Source: Flaccisagitta enflata
Lineage: Eukaryota
Length of the DNA: 64,000 nt
Assembly (NCBI GenBank): GCA_965153355.1
Contig: OZ231126.1
Coordinates: 42,222,001 to 42,286,000 of the forward strand
Direction of reading: 5' to 3'
Shown one piece after another: positions 11,246 to 59,753 of this stretch. Below the pieces are notes generated by a model. The model made no database searches. It was given only the letters and a program-made list of their open reading frames with translations, and was not told the DNA's origin. Position 1 is the stretch's first letter. Each line of letters starts with the position of its first letter. A program made the position numbers and the translations under genes.

Positions 11246-11685
11246 TTTGGTACACACTATAACAATGATATTTCAACCTCTTGGCCTTGGTAGTCTATTG
11301 TATCGGTTTGAATCGCAGTTCCATCAATCATTCAGCCATTTAAAAGTTAATGATCTCTCGTGCAAATTCATGTTTTTTTTTTTTTTTTTCTTGTTTTGTT
11401 TTTGCTAATTTACTCATTAATCTAGCTGTATAGTCTATACGGGACCATGTTAAGAAAATAGGTGTGTGTAACTCAATCATAAAACTTTGATAAAAGTAAG
11501 TCACCCGACAACTCATACATTCATTTTAAAAGGTATCGTTTATAAAGGTATCGTTAATAAATCCAACAACTAAAGAATCATGACACAATGGGAACAAGTG
11601 GGAAAAGCGGAGATCGGAGAAGAGAAACCATTATGGTTCCTAAACGAACACAAAATCAAAGCAAAATGTTTCAGGAACACCAAAA

Positions 11686-21792
<10,107 letters not shown>

Positions 21793-22732
21793 GGTCACGT
21801 TAGTTTTTTTTTTTTTTTCTTTTTTGACTTTTTTTTAGAGCGGGTTGGGATTTTTGTTTTACTCAGCTCTGTTGTGTTTTTGTTTCGCAAAATGGTTCAC
21901 AAATGGCTTTATGTTGGATAACTTGATTTTGGATTCGATTTGTTTCTTTTCACACGTGCTCGTTTTGATTTTTTTTCAAATTTTAACTTTGGCAGAGAAA
22001 GATTATTGATCAGATAAGTCCCTGACTTTGATTAATGCATTGGATAAAACGTGGATATTGGATAAAGTGAGAAAGCGAGGTCCATTACATATTACTGGTT
22101 TCAAAATCTTTTTGGCTCAGGGTTCTTCGATAGGATAGCAAGGTTGGTCAAAAAAACAGGTTTCCGTCACTAAGGCACGAGCAAGAAAACTACTTTTGTC
22201 AGCGATCAACAATTGACGATTTTAATAGAAAACTTTGGATGATTACCCAGAAAAAAGCACACGTGTAGCTCGTTACCGACAGACTTACAATTGGTTTGAC
22301 TTGGACGGACAAGAGTTTCAGAAAGTGACAAAAAATGAGGACGAAAAGAAAAAAAGGTTATCGAGCGATTTCTTAAGATAAGCATCGAATTGTTTTTCCG
22401 CAAATACCTCTCGCGGTCGAAATTTAAAATTTGATATAAATTGTATATCTTACGCGCATAAGTGTAAGAGATCTTGTAAGAAGAGAGATTGAAAACAAGG
22501 CCAACACCTGAAAGTCGTGTGCGAGACATACATTTAGAATGACTTAGAATGACTTAGTATACTCTGAAATGACCTAAAATGACTTAGAATGACTTAGTAT
22601 GCTCTGAAATGACCTAAAATGACTTAATGTAATAGAAAAAATAAAATGTGACGGACCGACCGACAGACGGACGGACGGACGGACGGACAAACCGGGGTGT
22701 AGTGTCGCGTGCGCGCGACTAAAAAAAGAGAG

Positions 22733-22785
<53 letters not shown>

Positions 22786-22837
22786 GACAGACAGACAGCC
22801 ATACATGATAGAATTACCCCCTCCGGACAATCACACG

Positions 22838-22918
<81 letters not shown>

Positions 22919-22955
22919 ACAAACACACACGTAGGCATATAATACATCATATGTA

Positions 22956-23379
22956 CCACTCGACTCAAAAAAAAGACGCACCTGTTTATAAATTGATAAA
23001 ACAGGTATAAAAATTAATTTGAACTTTTTTCAAAGAAAATATTTTTAAAGATTTTCAAAAAATCTTTCAATCTAGACCAATCCCAGCTCTGTATCTTGAA
23101 CGGTTTAGAAGCTAGAGCCTTGCAAAGAGAAGCACTAATTTGCTAAAATGCATTTTTTCTTAGGGATTGCAAAACTGAAATGGGCAACGTTTTCACTAAA
23201 ACGAATTCCATTTCTAAACAAAAAAGATAGCAATACCAAATCGGCGCCAAATGAAAGTACTTTCAAAGGGCTTTCAGATGACCTATGATTTTGATAGGTT
23301 TTTCTTTGATTCATAGGTAAAATTAGTCATCCAAAAGTGCGTCTTTTTTTTTTTTTTTTTTTTTTTTTGAGTCGTATGG
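22956..23379 (-). mobile_element. TA-TSD MITE, same family as the PLE insertion
   Basis: TIR CCACTCGACTCAAAAAAAAGACGCAC; interior is the reverse complement of the 2125 and 35136 copies. Confidence 0.85.
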
Positions 23380-24692
23380 TATCATATCTTTTCTATCTAA
23401 ATGATGATGCTAAAGTGTAATTTCAAAAAACAAGGTCAACACCTATAAGTCGCGTGCTAGACTTACAGACTTTGAATAACTTAGAATGACTTAGAATGAC
23501 TTAGAATGATTTAGAGTGACTTAAAATACCAAAAAAAACTCTTAATGACTAATGACCCTAATGACCAAAAATGACTTGAAATGACTTAGAATGACTTAGA
23601 ATGACTTAAAATAACTTAGAATGACTCAGAATGACTTGGAATAACTATCAATGCCTTAAAACTTAAAATGACTAAAATTGACGTTATATTGTAAAAAAAT
23701 GAAATTATTGCCGGCGGACGACGACTGACCGGATGGACGGACCGACGACTTTTCTATCTAAATGATGATGCTAAAGTGTAATTTCAAAAAAAAAATGATG
23801 TTTTAAGGAAAAAGGTATTGTACAAGAAAACTGGCAATATAACGTTGCTTCTTCGGGCGACATAGATGTTAAAGTTTTACGTACTTTAGAAAAATTTCAA
23901 CCTTTTATGCTCTCGTAGATACTCACGACATTTTCGCTCTTAACCGTGACTCACCCTCCTCTTCTTGGAATTACGTCTAATTTCAAAGTTCCCCTCTCCG
24001 TTCTATTCTATTTTTAGATTCATCCTCGTATCATTAGAAGTTCCAGGATTCACCGGTTGGAATCTCACGTCGATGCCTGGCCTCTTTGGGCCACTTTTCG
24101 GTCCATCGGCCCGAGACAAAGTCACTTCGTAAGGTTGTCCGCTGCTGCCATGCCCACCGAACCACCCGTTCGCGACAAAGGTTGCCGTGTTTCTGGTGGG
24201 CTTTCTGGCCTTGTTTAATTACAGTGGAACAAGGTCGTCCCACGAAATTTTGGATAACGCGAAATCGGCCGAAATAATGATTTCTGAGCGTTACAGTCCA
24301 GCATTGCCCAATGCCTATCCGCATGGCCGCATTACTGCCCCTGCTCTCCGAATCACTGTCCCCGGGCACGCGACTTCTTATTGGTCCGGTATCCAGCCTT
24401 GTTTTTTTCTTTTTCTTTCATCTATTTATTCATTTTTTTTTTTTGCTCTAGTATACCACTAGTATGTCTACATTTGTAAACTGCGTGTGGGACTCAGCGT
24501 GGGGGATATTGGCTGGAGAACGTGATTCTGGCTTTGCGTGGTTCCCTCACATTTTCCACAAATCAACTACGCTCTTATCTTAAGAATATGTCTTGTCGCA
24601 TGTGTCATGTGACCCATATATCACATGTAGGTGTTCGTTCGGTGTAAGATAAAATGATTTTGAATCCTGATTGTAAATATCAAATATATATG

Positions 24693-24783
<91 letters not shown>

Positions 24784-25320
24784 CCTTGTAAAATTGTTCT
24801 CAAAAACAAGGAACATCGAACTTCACTTTATTTTCAAATAAATGGAATCGCGTCATCGTAATAATTTTAGAATTTAGTGAGAATGGGAAAACCTGAGCAA
24901 CAGAGTTTCGCTGTTCGTGAAAAGTCGAAAGGATATAGAATGTTCCACCTATATCCTGATCTTAGGTCGGAGATAGAGAGCAAGGTTTCGTGAAATTAGG
25001 TAATTTGAGGCACTCAACATCTCGTCCTCAGCAGAGTCATGAGTTAAGTCTTATCAGACATTGATTAGTAAAGCGATTTATTTTACCCGCTTTGCTCAAC
25101 TAAATCTATGCGTAAATGTATCCATTATTCGGTTTTTCTCTCATCTTTAGACTTTCCTATTTGATCGGAGCTGGTTGGGGCATGATCATTTATTCATTGA
25201 ATATAACAACTGACTTGTATAAGCACCACCCAATGACATTTTTCTATTTTCATTGATTTGTTTTCTGTGTTTCTCACTTTCTCTGCTGTCTTTCCCTCAA
25301 ATAAGATTATGCATCTTGGC

Positions 25321-28300
25321 CTCTGCTGCTAATTTAGCGATCTTGTACAGTACAACGGGAGCAAAGACGACCTAGACTGGAGGATAGATTTTAGGTATCT
25401 TAATTTCATTTGATTTATAAAAAAATTGAGATCTATGCTAATTAAAGGTTGTTTTATTGCTTGAATATATTTGCTTCTCTCACTCTTCAACTTGTGACTT
25501 GACTTTATCAGGACGTCCTTTTTTGGGCAGCGGCCCCAGAGGGGCCAATGACCTATGATTCCACATAAGGCAATTTTCTCCGGTTTCCATACGTTCCCCC
25601 CAAGACTCAAAACAAACCTCCCAGACTGCAAATAAAGCCCTTTTGAACCCAAATCACGCCTCTCAGACACTAAATCAGGCCTTTCAGACCCTAAAAAAGA
25701 CCTTTCTGACCCCAAATCAAGCCTCTCAGACCCAAACTAGTCATCCAAGGATCGCACATGGTCAGCGGTACCCGATGCCCTGCTGGGGGTGATTCAGTGA
25801 AGTAGTGGAGTGAGAGCAGGGCAGCGGCCCCAAAGGGCCGATGTCCTGTAGAACACAGGGGGAAATTTCCAGACGTCCTGAGGGGGCATATCTCAGGCCT
25901 TAGATAACTGATTAAGGCCAATGAAGGCATATTTGAAGGCTGGAGGGCAGAATTAAGGCTTAGAGAGCAGATTTGAGGTTTGTAGGGCAAATTTGAGCCA
26001 CAGGGGGCTTATTTGATGCTTGGAGGGCTAATTGAAGGTCTGGAGGGTAGATCTGAGGTCTGGAGGTTAAATTTGAGGCGGGGGGGCTGGTTTGAAGCCT
26101 GGAAGGCTGATTTGAGGTCTCGAAGGCTAAATTGAGGGCTGGGAGGGCAAATATGAGGTCTTGATGGCCAACGGGGGGGGGGGACAGATGGACGGACGGA
26201 AGGACGGAAGGACGGACGCCTGGAAATTCCCCCCTGTGTTCTACAGGACATCGGCCCTTTGGGGCCGCTGCCCAAAAAAGGCCTTCCAGACCCTAAATCA
26301 AGCCTCTTAGATCCCAAATCAGGCCTCTCAGACCCCAAATTAAGCATTTCAGACCCCAAATTAGGCATTTCAGACCCCTAATCAAGCATCTCAGACCATA
26401 TATCAGACCCTTTCTGACCCTAAATCAGACCGCTGAGACCCCAAATCAGGCCTTTCAGAACCAAATCAGGCCTCTCAAATCTATATCAGGCCTGTTGGAC
26501 CCCAAACCAGGCCCTTACAAACCCCAAATTAGACCCCTAAGCGCCCAAATCAGTCCCTTTCAGACCCCAAATCATGCCTCTCAGACTCTTAATCAGACCT
26601 TTCAGACCCAAAATCAGGCCTCTCAGCCCCTCCAACGTAGTTTTTCAAACCAGGGAAAATTGTTTTATGTGGAATCATAGGTCATTGGACCCTCCAGGGC
26701 CGCTGCCCCTCTCATAATCTCATTCCCACATATACTAACTTAGGGGCATTGGGTACCGCTAACCACGTAATGCTTTTGCGACTAAACAATGTTCTAACCT
26801 AGCTCATCATATTGGGCAGAAAATTTTACATAATTTAGAGAAAAAAATCAGCTTAATCAGACTATTTTCACAGGTTTTATACCTGATTTAAGTTTTGCCC
26901 AGATATCAATTTACATAATTATTCTGTTTGAAAAATAGCTGTAAAACCTGTAAAAATAGTCCAATTGGGCTGGGTTTTTTTTAAAATTATATAAAAATTT
27001 TAGTCCAATCTGGCTAGGTTAAAGCGTTGAAAAATGATGTCAAGTCACAAATTGAAGAATGAGTGAAGCTTATATATTCAAGCAATAAAACAACTTTTAA
27101 TTAGCGTAGATCTTAATTTTTTAATGCATCAAATAAAATTAAGATACCTAAAATCTATCCTCCAGTCTAGGTCGTCTTTGCTCCCATCGTACTGTAGCTA
27201 TTTCTAGCAAACTTGAAAGCCTCCTAGCTACAGAATTTTGGGATCTAGCTACTAGTTAATTATCTAGCGATTTTTTGTGAAGGACCTAGCTAAACTAGCT
27301 TAATCTAGCTAATTCCAGCGAATTTTAAGAATTCATCTTACTAATCTAGCTATATCTAGCTAATTCTGGCGAAGTTTGAAATATTTTCTAGCTAATCTAG
27401 CTATTTTTAGCTAATTGATTAGCATTATGCTATTCTAGCTATTTTTTTACTATTTTCTTCCTGATTTTTTTTTAACTAGATTATATGTTCTCAATTATAC
27501 AGTCAGATCTGGCATATATTTCGACGATTTTTTGTCCTGTTATTAAGCTTTTACAAGATTGTTCCAACACTAAAGATACATAAACTATAGACTACAAACT
27601 TTTTGTTCTAAAGATGCATAAACTAATGCACGTAAGAGTTAGTTTATTTGTTTTTAAACTAGTTAGTTTTTTTTTTTTTTCTGCTCCAGCTTTAAAAAGC
27701 TCTTATCATCAATGTTTCTCCACACTCTTATACCCCCCAACCCTTATGGCTTTTGTTTTCTATTTTGTTTGTTCCTGTTTTGTTTTGCAATGGATAGAAA
27801 AGAAAGTCTGAACCTTCCCTATGCATACATATTGTCTTATCTTTGGTTTAATCAACAATTCTTATACTATTTTCATGTTCATTAGCATGTACCGAAATGA
27901 CAATAAACAATAAAATCAGAATTCTACAAGTAGTTCTTGTTGTGAGGCTGTCTTGGGCTTCTAATGACATCAATTTCAGTTTGAAAATTTTGCATCTTGC
28001 TGGCCGCGCCTTACCTTGAAATTTCCTTTAGCCTATAGGAAACCAAAAAATACAAGTTACTAAAATCCCATTTTTGACTGCATATTTGAAATCTGCATGA
28101 AAAACTGATAATTGAAAGTGCTCTCCTTTTTTCAAAATTCCTTCGGTATCATAGTCAAAATTCATCTTGAAGATACGACAAAAAGGTAAGTTCGGCAATT
28201 TTACAAAGAAATAAAAGAGAAAGGTAAGTTTTGCAAACTTCGACGCTTATTTTGAGCACCTTCTAGTTGGAATATTGAAAAAAGGAAAGCACTTTCAATT

Positions 28301-28651
28301 AACAGTTTTTTCTGCAGATTTCAAATCTGCCGTCAAAACAGATATTTAAGCACTTTGAAATTTTTGGTTCCCCATAGAGGTAGGTTTTACCAAAGGTGAG
28401 ACGCGGAAAGCTTAAAGTAGGATTTGAGTAGCAAAACTGATCTTAACAGGAGCTCAAGACAACCCCACAGCATAAAGTGCATGTGGAATGCCAAATTTAT
28501 CACTTTTTGTCATTTAGGTACAAGCTAATGTTCATACATATGTTATCACATCAAGTTAATTTTTTAACTACTTGATGAAATATTTTAGCTAACTCTAGCG
28601 AGTTTTAGGGCCTAAATAGCGAATTTTTGTCAGCCAGAGTTAGCACCAGAG
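25321..28651. mobile_element. hAT-like non-autonomous element hosting several nested insertions
   Basis: CTCTG...CAGAG ends with perfect 8-bp TSD ATCTTGGC at 25313-25320 and 28652-28659. Confidence 0.85.
25348..27194. mobile_element. TA-TSD foldback element (CAGTAC...GTACTG) containing two nested family-B repeats
   Basis: Long TIRs (GGGAGCAAAGACGACCTAGACTGGAGGATAGATTTTAGGTATCTTAATTT and its inverse); TA on both sides. Confidence 0.85.
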
Positions 28652-30658
28652 ATCTTGGCCGTCATTGCATTCCCCTATGTATAGGATTTTGTTCTTCTGA
28701 TGTCTTGCCCCCATTCACTATACCGGGTTTCGTATCTCTACTGTTTTTCGTCCATTCAGGGTACCTTTGTGTCTGCTGACTATCTCACTTACTATTTTCA
28801 CAGAACATAGTTGGTATAACATCAGCAATTCAAATGTTTTGGGGGAGCGACTGCACTGGTTTGTCTTTTTAACTCGCTTTAACTCGCTTTGTCCATCCGT
28901 CGGCCCTCCTGTCATCTGGTCTATCCGTCGGTCTGACCGTTCGTCTACAATGAGCAACTCGATAAGCGTGAAAGCGTGTATTGGAAATGCTGCGGTTGTG
29001 ATTGTGTGAAGAGTAAGGGTCGTACGCCCCTGCCCACCCGTCCGCGACGAAATCGTAAGCCTGGGTTACTTGATTCTCATCTATTTCTACAGAGATCTCA
29101 CCCTCTACTCGTTTCACGAAGTCTTATTCTCATCATCACTCAACACGAATAAAGTTGTGCTGGATGTAGACTGCTCGATGACGACTGCTTGGGGACAAGG
29201 GCTGGGGACATGAAAATATTGAGGGGAGGGGGGTGGAGGGGATGGGATGGGAGCGGCTACAACTGGGATAGGTCTCTTGGGTTCTTCCTCTATTGATACA
29301 ATGTTTAACAATGATTGGGAGGGGTTAAACAAAATGAGAGAAGGAATATAAAACAACCGCCAATAGATGGTCACACGTGTAGGGATGGACAGGGGCAGTG
29401 AACTGCGAAACAAGCCCGACCGGGCAACGATGCGTCCGGGCTGTGTCTCATCGTTTATTGATCATGTGACATATGTATGGAGAGACAGATGGATGAACAG
29501 ACGTGTGAAAAGACTCTCAAAACATCTTGGTCGATCATTTGTTTCAGTGTAGGATCACACTGTGGCCAAAAACAGTCGAAAAACGCGGTTTTTGCACAGG
29601 CGTTACGGACGGACCGACGGACGGACCGACGGACGGACCGACGGACGGACCGACGGACAGACCCTCTTATAGAGATGCGTTCCTGACGGACGCATCTAAA
29701 AAGTGCGACCGACTAGTGGACCATAGGACCGACGGACTGACCAACCAAATTGTTACCTGTGGCTTTACACACAATGAACAAATACAGGGCAAAAAAAAAA
29801 AAAACCAGGGATATGGGCAAAATGTGTGATTTTACACTTTTCAACTTGTGCTTACGGACTGACGGACAGACAAATGGACGGACTTTAAGAGTCGAGAGTC
29901 CGACACAAAAATTAAGGGAAGCAAATTGATTAATGAGATCAAGAACAGGGAAGGATCGGATCGAAGAGAGGAAAGGAAACTACACTCATATCATTTTCTA
30001 AGAACATGTTATTTTTTTTTTGAGGCTCAGTGTTCTTATTTCTACAGTAATTTGAGGGTCAAATTATTCTTAGCATGTTCTTATTTTTCAAATTGCCAGC
30101 TTATACAGGAATGTTCTTTTATCAGGTAACCCAACTGTGATTGTCAATTAAATAGATACAAGAACCCAAACATTAATTATGAACAAATCAATTTTTAAAT
30201 AAGTGTGATTAAAGTCAATTGTTATGATTAATTGGTATCACTTCCACAACGCCTTTATTACTGCAGTTTTTTAAGAAAATAAAGTATGAAATTTTATAGA
30301 TTCCCTATTTCTAAGGCTGGCGATATTTTTATGATTGTTCTTATTTTTTTCCTCATCTGAGCCTCAATGTTCTTATAAACAAGGTTCTTAGTCAAAGAAA
30401 TGAGTGTAGTCATCCAAGGATCGCACAAGGTCAGCGGTACCCGATGCCCTGCTTGGAATTATCAGCAGAAGTAGTGGTGTGAGAGCAAGGCAGCGGCACA
30501 AAGTCCTGTGGCCATGTGGGACCCAAGGGTGAATTTCCAGACTTCCTGAATATTTGGGGGCTTATTTGATCGGAGGGCAAATATGAGGCATCCAGGGGCA
30601 GACTTGTGCTAATATGAGGTCAGTGTAGCGGCAGATTCGAAGCCTGAGAGGATAATTT

Positions 30659-30914
30659 GGTACACTTGTACAAGCATCTGTCGATCTTTTGTTTTTACGA
30701 CTTTTTAAGCTTTTTTTAAAATTAGGGTTAGGGGTGGGTTTAGGGTTAGGGTTGGGGATAGTTTTAGGCTTAGGGTTAGGGACAAGGTTTGCTTAAGGGC
30801 TAAGGGTTGGCTGGGTTTTATGTATTACGACCCGAAGCTATTCGAATTTAATTCGCTCTGGCGGAGGATTCTGAAAGAAAAACAAAATCGTGCAGAGACT
30901 CAATCAGCAGCTCC
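30659..30914 (+). mobile_element. ~256-bp element with degenerate TTAGGG repeats and 8-bp TSD (Zisupton-like, tentative)
   Basis: TSD GATAATTT at 30651-30658 and 30915-30922; internal TTAGGGTTAGGG; termini only GG...CC. Confidence 0.7.
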
Positions 30915-31040
30915 GATAATTTGAAGGCCAGTCTGAGGCCAGAAAAATTAGATTTTAAGCTTGAGAGGGCAAACTTGAAACCAGAGAGTGCTAAATACAA
31001 GTCTGAGAGGGCTGATATTGGATTTAAGATTGCTCATTTT

Positions 31041-31302
31041 GGAGCTGCTGATTGAGTCTCTGAACGATTTTGTTTTTCTTTCAGAATCCTCCGCCAGAGC
31101 GAATTTAATTCAAATAGCTTCGGGTCATAACACATAAAACCCAGTCAACCCTTAGCCCTAAAGCTAACCTTGTCCCTAACCTTAACCCTAAAATTATCCC
31201 CAACCCTAACCCTAACCCTAAACCCACCCCTAACCCTAATTTAAAAAACCGCTTAAAAAGTCTTAAAAACAAAAGATCGACAGATGGTTGTTCAAGTGTA
31301 CC
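31041..31302 (-). mobile_element. Second, inverted copy of the TTAGGG-containing element
   Basis: Reverse complement of 30659-30914; flanks CTCATTTT/CTGATGTT (6/8 match). Confidence 0.7.
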
Positions 31303-31932
31303 CTGATGTTTGCCTATAATAGATAGATTTAGGGTCTGAAAGGGCTAGTTTAAGAACCAAGGAAACCTCGGGGGGGGGGGGGAACAAATGGACGGACAAA
31401 GGCTCATTATGAGGAAGAAGAAAGTGGGGTAAAAAGAAAGTGGGAGAGAGAGTAAGAAAGTGGGAAAGAAAGAAATGGGTAAGAAAGTAAAGAAAATTGG
31501 AAAGAAGATGGGAGAGAGAGAAGGAGAGAGAAAGAGAAAGAGAAAGAGAGGTGCAATATTCTCAGCTATTTCCTGGACTGGACAGTTCTTTACTCGCAAT
31601 CTCGCATTACATTAATATCTTTACACTGATCCTGGCTCTGCACTTTTTCAGAATTCAGCCTCAGCAGCCTGTGTTCGAGTTTTCCAATAAGAATTTCTTC
31701 CTCGCTCGGCCGTCCCTGCCGGCCATCCGCCCAGCCGGCCGATAGGCCAGGATATCCACAGTCGAATGAGAGAAGAATCAGAACGTCATCGGGATTTCAG
31801 ATTTTAAAATTTGATACATTTTTTTTTATAAAAACTAAGTTTAAAAGAACATTAAGCTTGAAATCGTTAAAAATTTAAGATCATTCTAAGAACATTGGAA
31901 GGCTTTATTTCTTCAAAAATTTAAGAAAATAA

Positions 31933-32444
31933 CACGCACTTGGCTGAGTAACAACCTTCTTTATAACAACGTTGAGGCTCAAAATGTAAATAAAATAAGA
32001 ACATTTCTAGCAACACTGTCAGCCTCAGAAAATTAAAAGTATAACAACATTTCAGCCTCAAGTCCAACCAATAACTTTCCGTTGCATTCAATTGTAACAT
32101 GCGACAGTTTCATAGGAGAGGTGACTTTCTCTACTACTTTAGGTTTTCCTCCTTTGTTTCGCTATATGTAAGAATCTACGGTATTTTAGTTTTAATAATA
32201 TTTTGTTCCTCATTTTGAATAGTTGTTTCCCTTTATTTTTTCATTACTACCCTTGGTCCCTGTCATTCCAGAGAAAGCAGCGAAAGGACTGATGGTACAG
32301 ACATCCTAATCAATCGTTATATCAGAAGATTAATGAGAAAAAAATAACAACAGTTTAGCAACGGTTTGAGCCTCATATCGTCTTTCAAATAACAACATTG
32401 AGCCTCAGAAAAAAATAACCCGTTGTTACTCAGCCAAGTGCGTG
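31933..32444. mobile_element. MITE (TIR CACGCACTTGGCTGAGTAACAAC) nested in a related AT-rich element (~31816-32823)
   Basis: Perfect 23-bp TIR visible at both ends. Confidence 0.75.
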
Positions 32445-33462
32445 TAGGCCTAAAATAAAAAAAAATCAAAGAGCATAATTTTTAGGCTATTTTTGTTATC
32501 AATTGCTCTTTGTATATGGACACACTCTGTTTCTTTTCTATTCAGCATATCATGTTTATCTTTTTATAGCATATATTTTTCTACTTTCATTGATTTTCAT
32601 TAACCTAAAACATTTGATTATGTTGTTTTGTTGTTTCATTGATATTTTTCTTCATTTTCTCCTTAATGAAATACTTAAAACTAATTAAGAACGTTCTTAA
32701 TTTCAGGTAAAAAAATGCGTTTAAATTAAGAACAATTTAAGAACGATCAAGCCTTGAAACTGCTCAAAATTTAAGAAAATTGAAAGTTTGCTCAAAAAAA
32801 TGTTTTTATGAAAAAAATAGTGTATTATTTAAATTTTGATTGTTTAAATTTTAATAAATAGAAAAAATTTGGGATTAAATATTACAATTTTTAACATAAA
32901 TTTAAACATATTAAAATATTTATGTTATTTTTATTGCACTTAAAATTTATAAAATAAATGACAAATTATTAGTTTTTGCATTTTGTAAAATATTTTTAGT
33001 ATTGATTTTTTTAATATTCAGTTCTACTAAAAAACGAATTCCTCATGATGTTTAAAATTAAAGATCCATTCTCAAAAATACCAACGGAGGAACGAAATGT
33101 TCTACGCCCATGATTGAACTCACTGAAGTAAAGTAACAGAGCAAAATTTTAGTTCAACGAGGAAGAAGAGATTCAGCCCATAGATATTTAGCGCACCATG
33201 CCCTTGAAATCTTCGTTTTCTAACCCATCGTTTCTCTTTCTCTCTCGTCCGTTCGTTGAGCTGAGCGCTGTTCTCCTTGCTGACTCATAATCATATGATC
33301 CTTCTCTGACTGTTTCAGAGGTCTGTTTTCTTGGTGGAAAATGACCGGATGAGTTCCGTCGTTCCCAGAGATACACAGCTACGAGTCCTTGGAGAAAATT
33401 CTTAATCACGAACTGAAATTGTCGCACTGTCGAGAGAAAAAACCAACAGCGCTTCTATCGCC

Positions 33463-58596
<25,134 letters not shown>

Positions 58597-59753
58597 AGAG
58601 TGTTCGAAAAAGAAACTCTGTCATCGCGAAGTAGTAATTGTGTGTGCGTGCCTGTGACTCGTTTCTACGCCGCGAAATTACACGTCAAAACTGCATCTGT
58701 TTATCGTATTCAACGCATCTAAGAACGCCTGAAAAGTAAATGACTTCCTTCTTAACCATCGGGAGACGCAAATTCAGTTGACATATAATCAGTTCTTTGA
58801 AGTCATGCCGGTTATCGCGAATAATAAATAAAAACAAAAGGTTGCCAATTGTTTCTGTTTTGTCAGCTATAAACACGAAATAAAAATGTAATTGACCAGG
58901 TTTCTCTTCCTCATTTTCGGATTGCGAGACAGTTTCCTCCTTGTCTCTCTCTCTTTCTGTCTCTTTCACTACCCAACAGCTTTAGCTATGTACTTGTATC
59001 GACGCTAGTTATTAATAGATTATGTTCTTTTCGTTACAATGAAAACGACGCTTCAGTGATATATATGCAGATTTGTGTTCTTACGTTTCGCTTCTACAAT
59101 GGTTTTTCTCAAACCGAAACTTGTGTGGAACTGAATGGCGATCGAGCCTTGATGAATGAGATTCTACCCGATAATTGAACTTATTTTGCCCCGCCCCCTT
59201 CTCCCCTATTTCACTGTTACTTTCTCTCTCTCTCGCCCTCTTTTATCTCTCGCTCTCATTTGTTTTTGGAACGATGCACTTCTCTCTCGAGTATGGATTC
59301 TGAAAGCTATGATTCTTATTCACGTATACGTTCGCCAGTTGATTTTTTAATCGTCATAAACTTTTTTTATTAGCACTCCTTTAGTCGGGGTAGAGTCGTG
59401 TCCTATGTACCAGAGATTGGGTCGTATGCAGACAAATGAAAAAAAGACTTTGTGGACTCGCAGTAACCACCGTTATTTGTTTCATTGATTTCGGCGACTG
59501 TATAACCAAAATACAAAAAAATAACTGTGTGGTTTAGGTCATTTGTGATTATTCTGACCAATTTAGATAGGAGAAAGAAAACGATTTTATGAGTAGGATC
59601 GTCTACACTCTACAAACGTTCACAGGCGACGCGATATGTCTTTTTGTTAGGGTATTGCTAGCTTTGATGAGCGATTTTCGTTTCGAGGATACTGATCTGC
59701 CAAATAGACAAATAGCGCAGTTTTCCTTATTCGCAGGCTAAGCGTTGTGAGTG

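Noticed and set aside
30722-31240. True telomere or telomere-fusion site
   Set aside because: TTAGGG units are few and degenerate and sit inside a TSD-flanked mobile element.
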